Shown: one piece after another, positions 9,034 to 16,961 of the stretch
How positions within the stretch are numbered: the stretch's first letter is position 1
How the letters are laid out: each line of letters opens with the position of its first letter
From: Hydrurus foetidus
Taxonomy: Eukaryota
Assembly (NCBI GenBank): GCA_900617105.1
Contig: UYFQ01000842.1
Coordinates: 124,001 to 144,941, forward strand
Length of the DNA: 20,941 bases
Direction: 5' to 3'
The notes under the pieces: generated by a model
The model's input: only the letters and a program-made list of their open reading frames with translations
Databases searched by the model: none
Told to the model about the DNA's origin: nothing
Made by a program: the position numbers and the translations under genes

Positions 9034-9089
9034 CTTATGACTCCTTAATGATTGACCTACTTGTTGATGCCCAACTTAATACATGAGTG

Positions 9090-9235
9090 AAACCTGTCTT
9101 ATGAACAAAGCCGCCATGAATCATGATTTATTCCGAGTAGACGTAATCAGTTGACACATAAGAAATTCTAGTTGCACCAAACGCAACACAAAATAAAACG
9201 GCGACAAACCCTGCAAACCTGCTTATGAACAAAGC
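9090..9235. repeat. Pair of 21-22 bp direct repeats AAACCTG(T)CTTATGAACAAAGC
   Basis: Copies at 9090-9111 and 9215-9235, identical except for a single-base indel. Confidence 0.8.
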
Positions 9236-9466
9236 GGCTTGCTGATTAACACGGTGAGCGGCAGCTCGGATACTCATTGATTTGATTGTGCATTTTGCAC
9301 TTCCGCCGCAATTCGGCTGTTGATGGTATCCGCCTGTGCCAGTTTCAAATATCCGCTATCTGGCCAAGATTCAGAAGCGACCCAATTCCGCTTTGGGCCG
9401 AGGCGGTGTGGAAATGTTGGCCGGCTTCGCCAGCATGCCCCTAACTGGGGCCACGGCACGCGCCGG

Positions 9467-12400
9467 TTAGTGAAAATCCCGGCTGCTGGTGGTCAGCTCG
9501 CCCAGCATGGGCGTCAGGTCCACCAGCCGCTTTGCCACCACGTGGCACACCTGGCCGCCACTCTCGTCGTCGCGCTGCCATATGCCGTACACGGCCATGA
9601 GGCGGGCGCGGTACAGCGCGTCGCGGAACTGCTCGCGCACACTTTTCCAGACGATCACGTTCACGCTGCCGGTCTCGTCTTCCAGCGTCACAAAGATCAC
9701 GCCCTTGGCGGTCTGCGGCTGCTGGCGCATGGTGACGATGCCGCAGGCGCGCACCAGCCGGCCGCTGGGGTAGTCGCGCATCTGCGCGGCGGTCAGCAGC
9801 TTCATTTTTGATAGCGGCTCGCGCAGCAGCAGCAAGGGGTGGGAGCGCAAAGTGAGCCCAACTGCGGCATAGTCAAAGGTCACCTCTTCGCCCTCGCCCG
9901 CCGCGGGCAGCACCAACTCGTCTTCCTCAATCGGCACGCCCCGTAGCAGCGCCGGCGCGGGCAAAAGCGCCGAAGCATCCCACACCTGCTGGCGCCGGTG
10001 ACCGCTGAGCGACTGCAGCGCATCGGCACTGGCCAGGGCCTTGAGGTCGCCTGCGTCGAGCTGGCAGCGCAGCGCTAGGTCTTGGGTGCTGGTGAAGGGG
10101 GAGTGCAGGCGCTGTTTGGCGATGCGTTCGGCAACGGTTTTGGCAAGTCCGCTGACCAGCCGCAGGCCCAAGCGAACAGCAGGCCCTTCGACAAGTTCAG
10201 GGCGAAGGGATGTGGGCTCCAGCGTACAGTCCCAGTCGCTATGCGCCACATCCACCGCGCGCACCGTCACGCCGTGGCGCTGCGCGTCCTGCACCAGCTG
10301 CGCCGGGCCGTAAAAGCCCAGCGGCTGGCTGTTGAGCATGGCCGCCAGAAAGCAGGCGGGCTCATGCCATTTGAGCCAGCAGCTGATGTAGACCAGCAGC
10401 GCAAAACTGGCCGCGTGGCTCTCGGGAAAACCGTATTCGCCAAAGCCCTCCATCTGCTTGAAGATGGCCTCGGCAAAGTCTTCGGTGTAGCCTTTTTTGA
10501 GCATGCCGCCCACCAACCGGTCATGGAAATGGTGCACCCCGCCCTTGCGCTTCCAGGCGGCCATGGAGCGGCGCAACTCATCCGCCTCACCCGGTGTGAA
10601 GTCGGCCGCGAGGATGGCGATCTGCATCACCTGTTCCTGAAAAATCGGCACCCCCAATGTGCGCACCAAAGCGGTCTTCAGCTCTTCACTGGGGTATTGC
10701 ACGTTGTCCGGGTCTTTGCGCGCCTTCAGGTACGGATGCACCATGCCCCCCTGGATCGGCCCCGGCCGCACGATGGCCACCTGCACCACCAGGTCGTAGT
10801 ACACGCGTGGGCGCAGCCGCGGCAGCATGCTCATCTGCGCGCGGCTCTCGATCTGGAACACGCCCACCGTGTCGGCCGCGCAGATCATGTCGTAGGTGGC
10901 CACATCGTCACGCGGAATGTCCTGCATGCGCAGCGGTGTGCCCAGGCCGCGCCGCTGCGTCACCATCGCCAGGCAGCGGCGAATGGCGCTGAGCATGCCC
11001 AGGGCCAGCACGTCCACCTTCATCAGGCCCACGGCACTCAGGTCGTCCTTGTCCCACTGGATGATGGAACGGTCTTTCATAGCCGCGTTCTCTACCGGCA
11101 CCAGGCGCGTGAGCGGGCCCTGGGTGAGCACAAAGCCGCCCACGTGCTGGCTCAGGTGGCGCGGGAATTTCTGCAGCTCGGTGCTCAGCTCCAGCCACAG
11201 CTGCAGCCGTCTTTCAGAAGGAAAACCACCTCCAGCCCCCGTCGTATATGCTCCACTAGCTACTTTTTTCATAGCATCCTGCAGACGCCCGGCCAGGATC
11301 TCGCGGCTGTACATGCCCGGGTGCTCCTTGACCAGCGCGGTGATCAGGTCCTCGGGAATCTCCAGCGCACGGCCCACATCGCGCAGCGCGCTGCGCGGGC
11401 GGTAGTGGATCACCGTGGCCGCAATGGCGGCGCGCTCGCGACCGTATTTGGCGTAGATGTACTGGATCACCTCTTCGCGGCGCTGGTGCTCAAAGTCCAC
11501 GTCGATGTCGGGCGGCTCGTTGCGCTCGCGGCTAATGAAGCGCTCGAACAGCAGCGAGGTCTCCGCAGGGTTGGCCTCGGTGATGTGCAGGCAGTAGCAG
11601 ACCACCGAGTTGGCGGCCGAGCCACGCCCCTGGCACAGGATGTGGACGCGCCGCGCAAAGCGCACGATGTCGTGCACGGTGAGGAAGTACATCTCAAAGC
11701 GCAGCTCGGCAATCAGCGCCAGCTCGTGCTCTACGCGCCTGCGGATGTCGTCCGGCATGCCGCGCTGCGGGTAGCGCTGCTGCGCGCCCTCCTCCACATA
11801 CTGGCGCAGGGTTTGCGCGGGCGTTTGCCCGGGCAGCACGGCCTCCAGCGGGTAGTGGTAGCGCAGTTCGTCCAGGCTGAACGTGCAGCGCTGCGCCACG
11901 GCCAGCGTGTTCGCCAGCCATTCGGCCGGGAACAGCGCCGCCAGCCGCGCACGCGACCGCAGGTGCGCCTCGGCGTTGGCCAAGAGCGCAAAGCCGCAGG
12001 CCGACACGGGCTGGCCCAGGCGCACGGCGGTCAGCACATCGTGCAGCGGCTTGCGCGAACGCACATGCATGCGCACGCTGCCCGTGGCCAGCACCGGCAA
12101 GCCGCTGAGCGCCGCAATCTGCTGCACGCGCAGGCGCTGCGTGGCATCGCCCGCCACCATCCCCACGCTGGCCGCCAGCCAGCAATGCATGCCAAACAGA
12201 CATCTGGCCCGCATGGACATTGCGCAAGCAGCTTCTGTTTTGATAGCAGGCGGAAAGACCAGCAGCACCTCGCAGTCCACCAGCAACGCCCACGGCGACT
12301 CGGCCCAGGTGGTGTGGTACTGCCCTTTGGGTGCTGCCATGCGGGCCTGGGTGATGAACTCGCAGAGGTTGCCCCAGCCCAGCAGCGAGTGCGGCAACGC

Positions 12401-12673
12401 CACCAGTGTGAAGTGACCACCGTCCGCCAACGCCACCGCAAACTCGGCGCCCGGCAGCAGCTGCAGGCCCAGCTCTTTGGCCCTGGTATGCGCACGCACC
12501 ACGCCGGCCACCGAGCATTCGTCGGTGATGGCCAGCGCGCGGTAGCCCAGCGCGTGGGCGCGTTCTACCAGCTCTTCGGGCTGCGAGGCACCGCGCTGGA
12601 AGCTGAAGTTGCTGATGCAGTGCAGCTCGGCATACGCCGGCGCACTGCGGTCATGGGGTGGGGCGGAGGCCAT
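9467..12673 (-). CDS. dnaE2: Error-prone DNA polymerase DnaE2 (ImuC)
   Basis: 1068 aa. PHP start YAELHCISNFSF; GRGSAANS; PPDIDVDFEH; PRHLSQHVGG; KVDVLALGML; GFPESHAASFA; C-terminal SSRDFH motif diagnostic of DnaE2. Confidence 0.98.
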   Translation of the reverse strand: MASAPPHDRSAPAYAELHCISNFSFQRGASQPEELVERAHALGYRALAITDECSVAGVVRAHTRAKELGLQLLPGAEFAVALADGGHFTLVALPHSLLGWGNLCEFITQARMAAPKGQYHTTWAESPWALLVDCEVLLVFPPAIKTEAACAMSMRARCLFGMHCWLAASVGMVAGDATQRLRVQQIAALSGLPVLATGSVRMHVRSRKPLHDVLTAVRLGQPVSACGFALLANAEAHLRSRARLAALFPAEWLANTLAVAQRCTFSLDELRYHYPLEAVLPGQTPAQTLRQYVEEGAQQRYPQRGMPDDIRRRVEHELALIAELRFEMYFLTVHDIVRFARRVHILCQGRGSAANSVVCYCLHITEANPAETSLLFERFISRERNEPPDIDVDFEHQRREEVIQYIYAKYGRERAAIAATVIHYRPRSALRDVGRALEIPEDLITALVKEHPGMYSREILAGRLQDAMKKVASGAYTTGAGGGFPSERRLQLWLELSTELQKFPRHLSQHVGGFVLTQGPLTRLVPVENAAMKDRSIIQWDKDDLSAVGLMKVDVLALGMLSAIRRCLAMVTQRRGLGTPLRMQDIPRDDVATYDMICAADTVGVFQIESRAQMSMLPRLRPRVYYDLVVQVAIVRPGPIQGGMVHPYLKARKDPDNVQYPSEELKTALVRTLGVPIFQEQVMQIAILAADFTPGEADELRRSMAAWKRKGGVHHFHDRLVGGMLKKGYTEDFAEAIFKQMEGFGEYGFPESHAASFALLVYISCWLKWHEPACFLAAMLNSQPLGFYGPAQLVQDAQRHGVTVRAVDVAHSDWDCTLEPTSLRPELVEGPAVRLGLRLVSGLAKTVAERIAKQRLHSPFTSTQDLALRCQLDAGDLKALASADALQSLSGHRRQQVWDASALLPAPALLRGVPIEEDELVLPAAGEGEEVTFDYAAVGLTLRSHPLLLLREPLSKMKLLTAAQMRDYPSGRLVRACGIVTMRQQPQTAKGVIFVTLEDETGSVNVIVWKSVREQFRDALYRARLMAVYGIWQRDDESGGQVCHVVAKRLVDLTPMLGELTTSSRDFH
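10183..10210 (-). repeat. Short palindromic repeat unit embedded in frame in dnaE2 (encodes SLRPELVEG)
   Basis: Minus strand TCCCTTCGCCCTGAACTTGTCGAAGGGC resembles the intergenic copy at 15765-15793. Confidence 0.65.
11217..11276 (-). repeat. 60-bp degenerate repeat, copy A, inside dnaE2
   Basis: TGCTATGAAAAAAGTAGC TAGTGGAGCA TATACGAC GGGGGCTGGAGG TGGTTTTCCTTC. Encodes AMKKVASGAYTTGAGGGFP and forms a local AT-rich island in a high-GC3 gene. Confidence 0.75.
12189..12248 (-). repeat. 60-bp degenerate repeat, copy B, inside dnaE2
   Basis: TGCTATCAAAACAGAAGC TGCTTGCGCA ATGTCCAT GCGGGCCAGATG TCTGTTTGGCAT. Encodes AIKTEAACAMSMRARCLFG. Confidence 0.78.
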
Positions 12674-12678
12674 AAATA

Positions 12679-12694
12679 CTGTTTAAATAAACAG
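12679..12694. promoter_or_regulatory. LexA (SOS) box upstream of dnaE2
   Basis: CTGT-TTAAATAA-ACAG within the near-perfect palindrome TACTGTTTAAATAAACAGTA, 5 nt upstream of the dnaE2 ATG. A minus-strand TATACT -10-like hexamer overlaps it (12693-12698). Confidence 0.93.
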
Positions 12695-12724
12695 TATACA
12701 GAGCCCTCCGCTTTTTGGCTGTTT

Positions 12725-13630
12725 TTAGAGCGCCTTGGGGTGGAAGTAGGGATCGCCCTGCACCGCTGTCAGCGGCAGCACCAGGGTTTTGACCGGGTCC
12801 ATGGGCGGCGGGCCGTCGTGGGGCTCGTCCTCGTCATCCGGGTCGGCCGAGCGCGGGCGGGGCTTGCCGGGCAGCAGCACAGGGGACACGCAGACATTGC
12901 GAATCTCATCCACCAGCGCTTTGGGCAACGCATCGCGGCGGCCAAAGCGCTGGCCGTCCACCTTCAGTTGCTCATTCTGGATCTTGGCCACCAGTTTCAG
13001 CGGCGGGCGGGCCTGCTGGGTGTTGAAGCCAATGCGCACCATGCCCGCGCCGCCTTGGTCGGTGGGCAGCTGGTACTGGGTGACGCGCAGCTGCAGCGGC
13101 TTGCCGCGCGCGTCCATCTCCACATGGCCGATGTAGAAGTAGCGCGCCGCCGCACGCTCCATGGGCGGGAGCTTGTAGCTCTCGGCCCAGCTGTGGTTGT
13201 CGTCGCCAAACAGGGGGCGCAGCGTGCGCGGGGGCTCGGCCGTGGTGGACACGCCGAACACCGGCGCATTGGCCTCACCCAGCGTGTAACCGTGGAAGTC
13301 AAACACCACGTCCTTGCCGGTGGCGGGTTTGGAGAACGACGGAAAGTTCGTCTTCTGCGGCAGCCGCACCTCCTGGATCTGCACACCGGCGTCCTTGCCC
13401 GGCAGGGCCTTCCAGCGGCCGGCCACCATCATGTCCAGCGCGCCGCCCATGAAGCGAAAGCAAAAGGTGTTGTCGTCCAGCAGCATGAGCTGGCTTTGTG
13501 CGTCCGTTGAGCTCTGGGTGTAGCCGCCCAGGTAGGCGCGTTCGGCGGGTGTCACCGCGTGCGCCCCGCCATGCAGCGCCAGCACCAGCCCCAGCCCCAG
13601 CAGGCTGGCGCCCGCGTGTCGATTCATCAT
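12725..13630 (-). CDS. Hypothetical exported protein
   Basis: 301 aa with high-GC3 codon usage, a purine-rich RBS (GAGGAAG) and a signal peptide ending in AHA. No family recognised. Confidence 0.8.
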   Translation of the reverse strand: MMNRHAGASLLGLGLVLALHGGAHAVTPAERAYLGGYTQSSTDAQSQLMLLDDNTFCFRFMGGALDMMVAGRWKALPGKDAGVQIQEVRLPQKTNFPSFSKPATGKDVVFDFHGYTLGEANAPVFGVSTTAEPPRTLRPLFGDDNHSWAESYKLPPMERAAARYFYIGHVEMDARGKPLQLRVTQYQLPTDQGGAGMVRIGFNTQQARPPLKLVAKIQNEQLKVDGQRFGRRDALPKALVDEIRNVCVSPVLLPGKPRPRSADPDDEDEPHDGPPPMDPVKTLVLPLTAVQGDPYFHPKAL

Positions 13631-13742
13631 AGTTTTCTTCCTCTTATTGTGGGCTGACTATAGGGCAGGTCTTGGGCTATGCCATACCCCATGTGCCCAC
13701 CTAGGAAATGCTTGCGCGCCCGGCGCCGTGGAATAATGGGTG

Positions 13743-14312
13743 ATGCATTTGTTCAAGCTTCCTGCCATTCCCGTGTCCCCCGCGTTGCACGCTGAAATCG
13801 AAGCGTTGCTGGGCCCACACGAGTCCCTGGACGGCTTTGTTCAAAGCGCCATTGAAGAGAGCCTGGCGCGCCGCCGCCAGCAACAGGTCATCGACCACGC
13901 GCAAGCCGCGCTGGCCGTGGCCGCCCTGCCCCTGAGCGTGCTGGTGGTGGACGACGATGACTTCAGCCACACCCTGCTGCGCGAAGTGCTGGCCAGCCTG
14001 GGCGTGCATGCCGTGCACGCCGCCATGGACGGCCGCAAAGGCGCCCAGGTGCTGGACCAAATGCAGCGCCCGCCCGATTTTGTGATTTGCGACATGCTGA
14101 TGCCTGACACCGATGGCATCGACTTTTTGGGTCAGCTGGCCAAGCGCGAGTACCAGGGTGGGGTCATCCTGCTCAGTGGCGAAGACAGCCTGATGCTGTC
14201 CATCGCTGCCGAGGTGGCCGTGTCCGACGGCCTGAAGGTGCTGGGCTCGTTCTCCAAGCCCCTGCGCCGCCAGGACCTGGCCGACCTCATGGGCCTGGCC
14301 CACGAGGCCTGA
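13743..14312 (+). CDS. Response regulator: N-terminal ribbon-helix-helix-like segment fused to a receiver (REC) domain
   Basis: REC motifs VLVVDDD, PDFVICDMLMPDTDG, ILLSG and SKP. The N-terminal ~55 aa resemble YlcI/YnfO-type RHH proteins. Start ATG 13743 or GTG 13740. Confidence 0.85.
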   Translation: MHLFKLPAIPVSPALHAEIEALLGPHESLDGFVQSAIEESLARRRQQQVIDHAQAALAVAALPLSVLVVDDDDFSHTLLREVLASLGVHAVHAAMDGRKGAQVLDQMQRPPDFVICDMLMPDTDGIDFLGQLAKREYQGGVILLSGEDSLMLSIAAEVAVSDGLKVLGSFSKPLRRQDLADLMGLAHEA

Positions 14313-15222
14313 GCGCCTGCACAATGGCCGGGCCGTACATGATCATGGCCAATGCGCCGCCAATCAGCGGCAGCGCCAAAAACACCCAGCCCGTCAACAA
14401 CTCTTTGCCGATCACCACGCCCACCACCAGCGCCACGGCAGGGTTCACAAACGAGTAGCTGCCCGCCACCGCGGCCGTGGTGTTTTGCAGCAGCCACAGG
14501 TAGGCGTTCAGCGCCACCAGCGTGCCAAACACCAGCAGGTACCACCAGGCCAGCCAGGCCTCATGCGTCACATGGCTCAGAGCGTTTTGTGGTTCGAAGA
14601 AAGACGCTGCCACCACGCCCATGAGCCCGCCGGCCAACCATTCGGTGGCAGAGGCCATGGCCGGGCCCGGCAGGTCCAGCTTGCGCGATGCGTAAGACCC
14701 CACGCTCCAGCACAGCGGCGCGCCAAAGGCGGCCAGCGCGCCCAGCCAGCTGGCTGAAAAATCGCCTTCCAATGCCAGCAGCAGCGCACCCGCCACGCCC
14801 AGCACCAGGCCCACCCAGCTCGTCACCGGCACGCGCTCGCCGCCCAGGCGGGTCCACAGCGCCAGCCACATGGGCATGGTGGTAATCACCGTGGCCATAA
14901 GCCCCGAACCAATACCCTGCTTTTGCGCAAACACCACCAGGTTCATGGACACAAACACCATCAGCCCGCCTACCAGCGCGGCATTGCGCCACTGGCGCCA
15001 GCTGGGCAGCTTCTCGCCGCGCCACAGCGCCCAGGCCAGCATGACCACGCCGGCCAGCGTGAAGCGCGTGGCATTCATCCACAGCGGCGGAAAGCTGTGT
15101 ACCGCAATGCCGATGGCAAAGTAGGTGGTGCCCCAGACGATGTAGACCAGCCACAGCGCCACCATGAGGCGCCAAAAGGGAGACAAACGCCAGCCGCGCT
15201 GAATATTGAGTGCCGAAATCAT
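14287..15222 (-). CDS. EamA/DMT-family exporter (YedA-like)
   Basis: About 10 TM segments. Motifs VYIVWGTTYFAI, PPLWM-x-x-x-RF, YLLVFGTLVA and YSFVNPAVA. Start set at ATG 15222; the 3' end overlaps the convergent regulator gene by 26 nt. Confidence 0.92.
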   Translation of the reverse strand: MISALNIQRGWRLSPFWRLMVALWLVYIVWGTTYFAIGIAVHSFPPLWMNATRFTLAGVVMLAWALWRGEKLPSWRQWRNAALVGGLMVFVSMNLVVFAQKQGIGSGLMATVITTMPMWLALWTRLGGERVPVTSWVGLVLGVAGALLLALEGDFSASWLGALAAFGAPLCWSVGSYASRKLDLPGPAMASATEWLAGGLMGVVAASFFEPQNALSHVTHEAWLAWWYLLVFGTLVALNAYLWLLQNTTAAVAGSYSFVNPAVALVVGVVIGKELLTGWVFLALPLIGGALAMIMYGPAIVQALRPRGPGP

Positions 15223-15229
15223 GAATAAT

Positions 15230-15244
15230 CCGTAAAATTTACGG
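15230..15244. promoter_or_regulatory. Palindromic operator candidate for the adjacent Lrp/AsnC regulator
   Basis: CCGTAAA-A-TTTACGG is a perfect inverted repeat in the 65-bp divergent intergenic region. Its 5-3-5 layout with an AT core is like Lrp/FFRP sites. Confidence 0.55.
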
Positions 15245-15287
15245 CAACAAGCGCCGATAGGCGTGATATTACTAAAAAACACGCCCA

Positions 15288-15758
15288 ATGCAAGTAATTA
15301 TTCAGACAGATGCCATCGACGCCAAAATTCTTACGGCCTTAGGAGAAGATGGCCGTCGTTCTTACGCCGAAGTGGGGAACGACGTGGGCCTGTCCACCGC
15401 CGCCGTGCACGAGCGCGTGAAGAAGATGCTGGAGCGGGGCGTGATTCGCCGCTTTTCCATCAGTGTGGACCCGCTTACCGTCGGGCTGAACTTCACGGCG
15501 TTTGTGGCCATCCGCAACGACGGCGGCGCGCACTGCCGCGACATTTCGGCGCGCCTGCGCGCGGTAGATGCCGTGCAAGAGTTGCACAGCGTGGCGGGTG
15601 AATACGATTTGCTGGCCAAGGTGCGTACGGCGCATGCGCGCGACCTGGAAGCCGTGCTGCTGCAGATCAAGGCCATTCCCGGCATAACGCGCACCACCAG
15701 CACCGTGGTGCTGAACACCGAGTTTGAAGACCAGCCGCTGCGGCTGAGCGAAGGCTGA
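15288..15758 (+). CDS. Lrp/AsnC family transcriptional regulator
   Basis: 156 aa. HTH region DAIDAKIL-x-x-L-x-x-DGRRSYAE, VGLS and ERVKKM-x-x-x-GVI; C-terminal VAGEYDLLAKV. Divergent from the EamA exporter, a classic pairing. Confidence 0.95.
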   Translation: MQVIIQTDAIDAKILTALGEDGRRSYAEVGNDVGLSTAAVHERVKKMLERGVIRRFSISVDPLTVGLNFTAFVAIRNDGGAHCRDISARLRAVDAVQELHSVAGEYDLLAKVRTAHARDLEAVLLQIKAIPGITRTTSTVVLNTEFEDQPLRLSEG

Positions 15759-15764
15759 GGCATC

Positions 15765-15793
15765 TCCCGTTCGGGCTGAGCCTGTCGAAGCCC
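15765..15793 (+). repeat. Intergenic short palindromic repeat between convergent genes
   Basis: TCCCGTTCGGGCTGAGCCTGTCGAAGCCC, the same family as the copy inside dnaE2 at 10183-10210. Confidence 0.7.
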
Positions 15794-15797
15794 TCTG

Positions 15798-16922
15798 TCA
15801 CACCAACCACTGCTGCATGTCCAGCGTGCCGCGCTGGCCCACGGCGACGGCATGCTCGGCCAGCCACTGCTGGCCGCGGTGCAGGCCCTGGTCGTGCAGC
15901 AGCTTCAAAAAAGGCGCGTGCGCCAGCATCTTGGTCTCGCTGCGCTGCAGGCTCTCCAGGTTGCTGGAGTCAATCATGTGAAAACGCACGCTCTGCAGGC
16001 GCTGCTCCAGCGGCCCCTGGTGCTGGGTGGCGTGGGACGCATCTTGCACGCGGGCAAACATCTGCATTTCGCGCATGAAGTGGGCCTTGAAGCCCAGCTC
16101 CTCCATGCGCGCCTCAATCTCATCCTTGGTGTGCGGCGTGCCCTGGTGCTTCAGCGGCGCCAGCAGCACCAGCAGCACATCGGCCGCCGCGCAGTCGTAG
16201 AACAGCGGAAACACTGCGGGGTTGGCCGCAAAGCCACCGTCCCAGTAGGGCTCGCCGTCAATCTCCACCGTGTGATGGATCTTGGGCAGGCAGGCCGAGG
16301 CCAGCAGCATGTCTACCGTTAGCTCATGCTCGCGGAACAGGCGCAGCTTGCCGGTGTTGACCTGGGTGGCGCCCACAAACAGCTTGAACGGGCTCTCGGC
16401 GCGCAGGCGCTCGAAGTCGATCTGGCGCTTGAGCAGGCTGCGCAACGGGTTGATGGCCAGCGGGTTCAGCTCGGTGGGAGAAAAAAAGCCCGCCCACTGC
16501 GCCAGCATCTTGGTGGCGGGCGACAGGCTGATGGCATCGCCCCCGCCCGTGGTCAGCATGCCCCAGGGCAGCTGCTGGCTCACCTCGATCCAGAACTGGG
16601 CCAGCGCCTCGCGCGCACCCTCGCGCCCACCGGTCATCCAGCCCTGCGCCATCACCACCGCATTCATGGCACCGGCGCTGCTGCCGCTGATGCCGTCAAA
16701 CTGCATGCGCGGGTCTTGCAGCAGCGCGTCCAGCACGCCCCAGGTGAAGGCGCCATGCGCACCACCGCCTTGCAGGGCCAGATTCAGCCGGGCGGGCGAA
16801 GGGGTGTTGAGCCGCGTGCGCCACAGCCGCTTGAAGAGGCCGCCGCTGGTCAACGGCAAGAGACGACGGGCGGAGAGAGGGAGCTTGATCACAGAAGGTC
16901 CTTTCGGTGCACAAGAGGACAT
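15798..16922 (-). CDS. Patatin-like phospholipase family protein
   Basis: LALQGGGAHGAFTWG glycine loop, GSSAG nucleophile elbow, ASACLP and YWDGG catalytic Asp. The true start may be downstream of 16922. Confidence 0.93.
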   Translation of the reverse strand: MSSCAPKGPSVIKLPLSARRLLPLTSGGLFKRLWRTRLNTPSPARLNLALQGGGAHGAFTWGVLDALLQDPRMQFDGISGSSAGAMNAVVMAQGWMTGGREGAREALAQFWIEVSQQLPWGMLTTGGGDAISLSPATKMLAQWAGFFSPTELNPLAINPLRSLLKRQIDFERLRAESPFKLFVGATQVNTGKLRLFREHELTVDMLLASACLPKIHHTVEIDGEPYWDGGFAANPAVFPLFYDCAAADVLLVLLAPLKHQGTPHTKDEIEARMEELGFKAHFMREMQMFARVQDASHATQHQGPLEQRLQSVRFHMIDSSNLESLQRSETKMLAHAPFLKLLHDQGLHRGQQWLAEHAVAVGQRGTLDMQQWLV

Positions 16923-16961
16923 GCAACTGTGGATCAGTATAGGGTTATCCCCTAGGATTCC

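Noticed and set aside
9090..9235. Direct repeats as a minimal CRISPR array
   Set aside because: Only two copies, an intervening segment of about 103 bp, no palindromic repeat and no cas genes.
9799..9825. Possible fifth copy of the 60-bp repeat in dnaE2 (GCTTCATTTTTGATAGCGGCTCGCGCA)
   Set aside because: Matches only the first half, and the peptide (HPLLLLREPLSKMKLL) looks like ordinary DnaE2 sequence with no insertion. Left uncounted pending a profile search.
10082..13510. 1142-aa plus-strand ORF
   Set aside because: Antisense shadow of dnaE2 and the upstream gene. High GC3 suppresses stops in this frame, it has no recognisable motifs, and it runs across the LexA box.
16927..16942. SOS-box-like CTGTGGATCAGTATAG upstream of the patatin gene
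   Set aside because: Mismatch in the invariant CAG half-site (TAG), so probably non-functional.
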